In this document: positions 57,576 to 64,000 of the stretch, piece by piece | How the letters are laid out: each line of letters opens with the position of its first letter | Position numbering within the stretch: position 1 is the first letter of the stretch | From: Eledone cirrhosa | Taxonomy: Eukaryota | NCBI GenBank assembly: GCA_964016885.1 | Contig: OZ024740.1 | Location: forward strand, 120,900,001-120,964,000 | DNA length: 64,000 bases | Reading direction: 5' to 3' | Notes under the pieces: generated by a model | The model's input: only the letters and a program-made list of their open reading frames with translations | Databases searched by the model: none | Told to the model about the DNA's origin: nothing | Made by a program: the position numbers and the translations under genes

Positions 57576-59721
57576 TTTCGGGCATTAAGGATGACATCAA
57601 GGACGAATTCCCCAACGCGGGCGGTGGTTTGTACCGTGACGATGGCCTTTTGACCATGACTAAGTGCGGACCTCGTGCTTGCGACAGATTCAGAAAAGAA
57701 CTCACAGCCTTCTTTAAAGGCTTCAACCTCTCTATACAGGTTGAGGCCAATCTCTCGGTCGTTAATTACCTCGACGTTACCCTCAATTTATTGAATGGGT
57801 TGCATTACCCGTATAGAAAGCCGAATGATACGCTTAATTACATAAGTAAGCATTCCAACCATCCTGCCAGCATAACCAAGAACCTGGTAAAAAACGTTTC
57901 GTTGAGGCTTTCCCGTCTTTCCACCAACGAGCTCATTTTCAACGACCATTCCACTTATTACAATGAAGCTCTTGCTCGAAGTGGATTTGTCGATAAGGTA
58001 GCATATACAGAGTACGAGTATAGACCTAGAAGAAATAGATCCCGTCGCATTTGTTGGTTTAACCCACCATATAATAAGGAGGTCGCCACACCATTAGCTA
58101 AGATCTTTCTTTCCATTATTACGAAGCATTTTCCCCCTACACATAAATATAGTAAAATCTTTAATAGAAACACTATTAAAATGTCTTACTCAACGACTCC
58201 TAACCTTGCACATAACATCACAGCTTCACATTTAGCTAAAATACCTAGCCGTAGGAACACGTGCAACCCTGTAGTTAGTACTAACTGTATTTGTAGGAAT
58301 CGGGCTGATTGTCCCCTATCCGGGAAATGCCTCTCTAGTAACATTGTCTACAAATGTAAGGTTGTAACACCCACGTCCCGTAGGGCCTACATAGGGTTAA
58401 CCGCCAATAGTTTCAAGCAGCGTCTTTACATGCATACCCATTCTTTTCGTTACCCCCTAAGAAGGAATATGACGTCACTTTCAGCTTATATCTGGAGTCT
58501 AAAAGACAACCACACCCAATATAAGTTACACTGGGAGATCCTAGCTAAGGCTAGATCGTATAACGGAAATAAAAGACCATGTGACCTCTGCGCCGCTGAG
58601 GCCCTGGAAATACTCTACGCCACAGACCACATCTTAAACAAAAAATCTGAGGCAATTTCGGCTTGTAAACATAAATTGCACAAAACTTTCCTGTATTACA
58701 GCCCTACGTTATACCCTAACGAATAGCACGATCTATACGTGGATATTTACGTCTTGATGTGGGAGCTAAGTATATGTTTTGTTTATTCCTTTACTTATTT
58801 GCATAGGTAAGTATATATTACCCGTATGTTTTGTGAAGGTATGTATACCTTCTCGTACGTATATTTGACTGTTTTGGCGTATAATTTTTACACATTCTGG
58901 TATTTAGGGCTTGGTTATTTGTATATGGGAGTTTTGCGTATGCGTGAGTATGCAGGCTCGTACGTATGGTGGGTGTGTGTATATGTGTACTTCTTGTTTT
59001 AGTTGACTTACGTCTCCGAACCTTCATGTATTTATTTGTAGGTATGTGTGTGCGCTTGTTATATACGTATTTATTTACTTATATACGTTTATATAATTAT
59101 TTATTTATTTGTACACAAGCATACACACATACACATATTTATATGTGCGTGGTTTTGTATACCTATGGTAAGGTTTTGCGTATGCTTGTGTATGTACGTA
59201 TCTGTTTGCGTGTATGTATTTATTTGTTCCTATTACTTCTGTATTGTATTTATGTACTTTGTTCTTAACTCTGTAGCGGAGATTCATTCGGTCTCCTAGT
59301 TAGAATTTTAGTCTACGACTTCTGCTATACCATTTACGTGGTTTTGTCTTTGCACGCTATTGTTCTTCACGCTCCACATATGACTTATTATCTTCGTTTT
59401 TTCGTTCATTGCCAGAGAACGTCTCTATGCATCACTTAGAGAACATTAGTCTACGACCTCTTTTATACCATAAACGTGGTTCTGTCTTTGCACGTAATTG
59501 TTTTTCACCGCTCCTATTAATGACGTATTATTCGTTTTTTTCCCGTTCTTTGCCAGCGAACGTCACCATAAACCAAAGTATCGTCTTCCTGTCTTCCTCC
59601 GGTTGCAACGTTTTTTGAAATATCTAGTTCTGCGTTTACAGATTGACTTTGTTAGTTTCAGAAGATTCCGTTAAGGGTGAAAGCAGCGATTCTTTGCTTA
59701 AACTTTAATCTGTTATTTTAT

Positions 59722-59722
<1 letters not shown>
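57576..59722 (+). mobile_element. Second, 5'-truncated copy of the 48-51 kb PLE family, opposite orientation
   Basis: 57597-59722 is a diverged reverse complement of about 48140-50262; 57576-57600 is a short inverted piece matching 50390-50415. Confidence 0.93.
57597..58726 (+). CDS. PLE RT C-terminal half + GIY-YIG, open frame, 5'-truncated
   Basis: [49 protein letters not shown]. Confidence 0.88.
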
Positions 59723-59791
<69 letters not shown>

Positions 59792-59884
59792 CTATATATA
59801 TATATATATATATATATACTATATATATATATATATACGTATATACTATATATATATATATTATATATATATATATGTATATAC

Positions 59885-59918
<34 letters not shown>

Positions 59919-59942
59919 CTATATATATATATATGTATATAC

Positions 59943-60022
<80 letters not shown>

Positions 60023-60046
60023 CTTTATATATATATATATATATAC

Positions 60047-60099
<53 letters not shown>

Positions 60100-60283
60100 A
60101 TATTTGGGGAGGGTCATATTTGCGTAATATTGCCAGAATTAATAACAGAACACACTCACTGTTTGGTTGGTTTTCGCTTCTCGCTGTCTTTTATATATAT
60201 ATATCTGCGATCTAACTTACTCGGTCCTCAATGTTGCCATTGACTGACCGGCGGTCAAAAATAATACAGATACAATATAGACA

Positions 60284-60347
60284 AACACATATATATATAG
60301 TTTACATAAATCTTTCGTTGCACATCTGCAACATCGTCAGTGGTGTT
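60284..60347 (-). ncRNA. Hammerhead motif in the 3' region of the 60.6-63.5 kb PLE; stem I apparently disrupted
   Basis: Minus strand: AACACCA CTGACGA t GTTGCA gatg TGCAAC GAAA G atttatgtaaa C TA (ta)n TGTGTT. Confidence 0.55.
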
Positions 60348-60614
60348 ATATTCATTGTTCCTCCTGTTGTGTTGTATGTCTACGCCATTTTTTTTTTGTT
60401 CAGTCTGTCTATATATTTATTTATTTATTTGCTTGTTTGTTTATCTTATTTTATTTTGTCTTCTTTGCGCATGCGTTTGCGTGTGTGTATAGTGTTATGT
60501 GTGATGTGTGACTAGTGTGTATAGTGTTGTGTCTGCTGGGTGACTAGTGTGTGTTTATGTGCTTGTGTATGTATTTATTTATCTTATTTTATTTAATTTA
60601 ATTTACTTATTTAT

Positions 60615-63452
60615 TTATACTTCTCTTAGGTCAGTGTTGTTTGTTTGGGTGTTGTTGTTGTTCCACTCATTCTTTCTGTTTAGCTTTGGTCTTCTAATTT
60701 CTATTTCACTGGCCTCTCTGATTTGCCTATCTGCTGGGTCATTCCTATGTTTAGATATTATTCTAATTTCTATGTTGTCTATGTTACCGTCATGATGTTG
60801 TCTAGCATGTTCGTATAGTACTGACCCGTTTTTTCGTCCTTTTAGTTCCCCCCAGTGTTGGTCTATCCTTTCACCTATGCTACGAGCTGTCTCACCTATG
60901 TATGTTGTTGTCGTGTTTCTGCAAGTACCCTCTGTACATCTTATGCTATAGACTACGTTTCTAGTTTTACAGTTTATCCGGGGGTTCACCTTACATATGA
61001 TACATTTCCTATTGGTACAGTGGGTTTTCTTAAAAGGGTAGGTTTTGCTGATCAGGGATTTTATGGTGGTTCCTGGCTTTTCTACCACCTTTATTTTTAA
61101 GTGGGTCTTTCTCAGGGCCTTTCTACACTGGTTAGCTAATTTCCCTCCAGGGGTGGCGTCCACAAACATGACACTCTGATATCTCTGGTTGTCGTACCAT
61201 GATGTGGCCTTCCCTATCTTATGTCTAGCCCTATCTAAGCTATTCCATGATTTGCTCCTGTATAGTGGGCAAATTCCTTTCATGTCCAGTTCTATGAGGG
61301 TCTTATACTTTTCCATGGCTCCTTCGTATACTCTGACTCTGTCTCTTTGGTTGTAGCCAGAGAACTGCATGCGGTTGATGAAGTGTTGGATGTGTCCTTC
61401 CATTTCTGTTGGGTCGCACATGCGGGACACATTCTTCATCACTCGTACCAAATCTGCGATCAGAATATTAAACTTAGCACTACTGGACATTGCTGAGTTT
61501 TTGAGTATCAGGTATTTGGAGGCCATGGGTTTAGCATAGTGTGAGTGGAGAATTTGGGCTCTCTCGTCTATAGTGTTAATCCAGAGTTCTGTGTCTAATA
61601 CAGGTAGTCTATTGTTAGGGTGTTTGGAAGGGAAGTCTATAGTTACAGTTATACTCTGGTGTATGGAATTAGCTATCTGCTGGATGCTTTCCATCGTGCT
61701 ACGTTCTAAATCAAACTTGTTAGTGCTCTCTAGTGGGGGTGTTCTTATAACTATATTGATATCGTCTACATAACGAGAGTACATGATGAGGTCTATGGAG
61801 CTTTCATTAAGGAGATCTTTAAGTCTCCTTTCCCACCATACCATGAAAAGGTTGGCAACATCGCCAGCTATGCTGACGCCGATGGCTGCTCCCTCATTTT
61901 GGGTGTAGATTTTCTCATTGAACTTAAATATGTGGCCCTTTAGGGTAGTTTTGATACTAGCCCCTATTGCATGTGCGACCATTTTTCTTACCTGATCAGT
62001 GTTTTGGGGGGTCCGTATAGCTTTGGTCCACCCAATCCACCTTCCTATGGGAGTCTTTTTAGCCATTGAGGTTATGGTGGGGGGTCTACCTCTTATAGGT
62101 CTACTAGGGCAGAAACATCTAAGGTCATGGCTGTCTAGGTAGTCAGTGTCGTAGGTAAGTCTAAGTAGGAGGCCCAGTTCGTCTGTGTCGACGTCGCAGA
62201 ACTCCACCTCACTCTCAATGATCATCTCCACACATCTTTTCACAGCAAAATCAATGTTAATGGATGGGTACAGTGACACCACATCCATGCTGCCTATTAT
62301 GCAGTTGGATAGGCTCCTGTTTTTGTTGCACTCACTGATTCTGCTGAGGAGGTCCTCTGTACTTTCACATACATCTGGGGACATCTTGATTATGGGGCGT
62401 ATAACCATTGAGAGGAAGTAGGAGATCCTGTAGTTGCTAGCTATATTAGCTCCGCATACAGGTCTTGTTGGTGGTCCTATTGTCGGGTCGTCGACTGTCT
62501 TGTGGTCTTTGCGGAGCCCATACAAGGGTGGTATGCCATTGTTAGACGCCTGGAAGTTGTTGGCAGTGCGTCTGCTTGGCTTTAGGATGTCAGTCCACAT
62601 CATCATGTGAGCGTTGAGGATTTTTTCTCTCCCATCGTGTGTTAGTTGTGCAACTTCGCTCGTGTTGGTGATGTGGGGTTGCATTGCCTCGATGTAGTTC
62701 GGCATGCTATCTATTGACATCCTACCAGACTTATCTGTGGGTAGACACACTACCTCACCATCCCTTGTGCGCTGCTTGAGGCTAACCAAGCCTTCTACAG
62801 GTTTTATCCCAAGTTGTTGGGCCTCTGGTCTGCTCTGTCTCATAGTGTACCTGTCTACTACTTGTCTAATCTTATTTCTAGCTATGGTGAACTGTGCCTC
62901 CGTCTCGTCATCTATTTGTTGTGGTATGCAAACTCTTTTATTAAAGGGTAACCTCGTAGGATAGATATTACCCATCTTATATGTTTTGTCAGCTGGGTTG
63001 AAAAATAGTTTCTCTAAGGGGTTGTCGTTATTTCTATCGTCATAGTTGTGTGTGTTGCTATTATTGTTATCATGGTGGTTGTAGTTGTTTCTATCCTTAG
63101 CATTAATATTATTATTGTTATGATTGCTAGATGTATTGTTGTTTACTTCACCGTTATTGTTGTTGTTACTGCTATTTCTACCATTGTGGTTGTTACTATT
63201 ATTATGTTTCTTGTTTTTGTTGATGTTGCTACATGTACTATTTCCATTATTACCACTGTGGTTATTGTTGTTGTTGTTGTTCGTATTGTTACCGTTATTA
63301 CTACTGTGGTCACTGTTGCTGTGTCTGTGGTTAACGTTTCTATTATTATTATTATTGTGGTTGTTGTTGTTCTGTCTATCGCTAGTATTATTACCATTAT
63401 CACTATTTCTCACTTTCCTGCCATTGTTATGGTTATGGCTGTTATTTCTATA
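60615..63452 (-). CDS. PLE RT + GIY-YIG of a different clade (Nematis/Neptune-like, uncertain); open frame, N-truncated within an Asn-rich linker
   Basis: TDKSG, KDHK, TRPV, SMDVVSLYPSI, GAAIG, RYVDD, LPVLD, NVVY.IRC..C..YIGETAR, LYEH..HH; element 3' region extends to (TA)n at about 60096. Confidence 0.92.
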   Translation of the reverse strand, partial: YRNNSHNHNNGRKVRNSDNGNNTSDRQNNNNHNNNNNRNVNHRHSNSDHSSNNGNNTNNNNNNNHSGNNGNSTCSNINKNKKHNNSNNHNGRNSSNNNNNGEVNNNTSSNHNNNNINAKDRNNYNHHDNNNSNTHNYDDRNNDNPLEKLFFNPADKTYKMGNIYPTRLPFNKRVCIPQQIDDETEAQFTIARNKIRQVVDRYTMRQSRPEAQQLGIKPVEGLVSLKQRTRDGEVVCLPTDKSGRMSIDSMPNYIEAMQPHITNTSEVAQLTHDGREKILNAHMMMWTDILKPSRRTANNFQASNNGIPPLYGLRKDHKTVDDPTIGPPTRPVCGANIASNYRISYFLSMVIRPIIKMSPDVCESTEDLLSRISECNKNRSLSNCIIGSMDVVSLYPSINIDFAVKRCVEMIIESEVEFCDVDTDELGLLLRLTYDTDYLDSHDLRCFCPSRPIRGRPPTITSMAKKTPIGRWIGWTKAIRTPQNTDQVRKMVAHAIGASIKTTLKGHIFKFNEKIYTQNEGAAIGVSIAGDVANLFMVWWERRLKDLLNESSIDLIMYSRYVDDINIVIRTPPLESTNKFDLERSTMESIQQIANSIHQSITVTIDFPSKHPNNRLPVLDTELWINTIDERAQILHSHYAKPMASKYLILKNSAMSSSAKFNILIADLVRVMKNVSRMCDPTEMEGHIQHFINRMQFSGYNQRDRVRVYEGAMEKYKTLIELDMKGICPLYRSKSWNSLDRARHKIGKATSWYDNQRYQSVMFVDATPGGKLANQCRKALRKTHLKIKVVEKPGTTIKSLISKTYPFKKTHCTNRKCIICKVNPRINCKTRNVVYSIRCTEGTCRNTTTTYIGETARSIGERIDQHWGELKGRKNGSVLYEHARQHHDGNIDNIEIRIISKHRNDPADRQIREASEIEIRRPKLNRKNEWNNNNTQTNNTDLREV

Positions 63453-63455
63453 CCC

Positions 63456-64000
63456 AAAACACAAGCTGAACGGCTAAAACACACAATAACAGTTAATATG
63501 AAAAGAACAACATACACAAAAGTCAACGCACTCTACAGACAAAAACGCATCAACGGTAAGGAAATCCGAAATCTCATCACAGCAAACGAGAGAGATGACT
63601 TCATGAGCGTCATCCGACGCGAAACGAAATATGCTCAAAACGAATGCTGTAGGCATTTCAAGAAGAAATTAGAATGGATGAATAAGAAAAAACTACAAGA
63701 AAGGAAAATCGAATATTCTCAAAAATACCCAGATAACATCGACAACATCCGTATGAGTGATGTAAAACTACCGGAAGAATTTACCAATGACCACACAGTA
63801 AATATCTATGGGAACACTTTAATCAGTGAACAAGAACAACAAATCCTAAAGTTACCACCAAAATTTGCCATCTACAAAAAGATTAATCCTATGGAATGCA
63901 AAACGGAGCTGGAAAAGTGTTTCACAAAAATACGTTGGAATGCAAAGGTAAACAACAACAACAATAATAACGGTAGTAGTAATATAAACAATAACTCTGG
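63456..64000 (+). CDS. N-terminal part of a PLE ORF in inverted orientation, runs off the window
   Basis: Manual translation, no stop: KTQAERLKH..ISEQEQQILKLPPKFAIYKKI..ELEKCFTKIRWNAKVNNNNNNN; L.L.PKF and K.RW are PLE N-terminal motifs. Confidence 0.75.

Noticed and set aside
57203-58726. 507-aa ORF as a fusion protein
   Set aside because: The N-terminus is chance read-through across a (TA)n tract into a truncated PLE; only about 57597 onward is RT/EN.
63453-63464. Start of the 949-aa ORF (MCFGYR)
   Set aside because: It lies across the inversion junction and uses a non-ATG codon; not the native start.

Overview
Eukaryotic, AT-rich, repeat-dense DNA with no host gene that I can recognise. 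The SINEs resemble those I associate with octopus/cephalopods (inference). The window holds a decayed Helitron (Rep/PIF1), a split RTE-like LINE, a Dong/R4-like element, two Tx1/L1-like copies inside an (ATT)n tract, a CR1-like 3' fragment, many SINE remnants and at least five Penelope-like retroelements (PLE; RT + C-terminal GIY-YIG). It also holds several ORF-less elements embedded in (TA)n arrays as tandem and fold-back copies. By-eye folding finds about 20 hammerhead ribozyme (HHR) motifs from about 10 families, including core variants (U3-A8, U4A, long stem II). The most unusual signal is at 41.3-44.1 kb. Two related ORF-less families carry all hammerhead core segments in the order UH-strand > GAAA-strand > CUGAUGA-strand, which is none of the type I/II/III circular permutations and forces a pseudoknot. 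Compensatory base changes between the two families support stems I and III. All structures were derived manually; none was computed or tested, and element boundaries are approximate.
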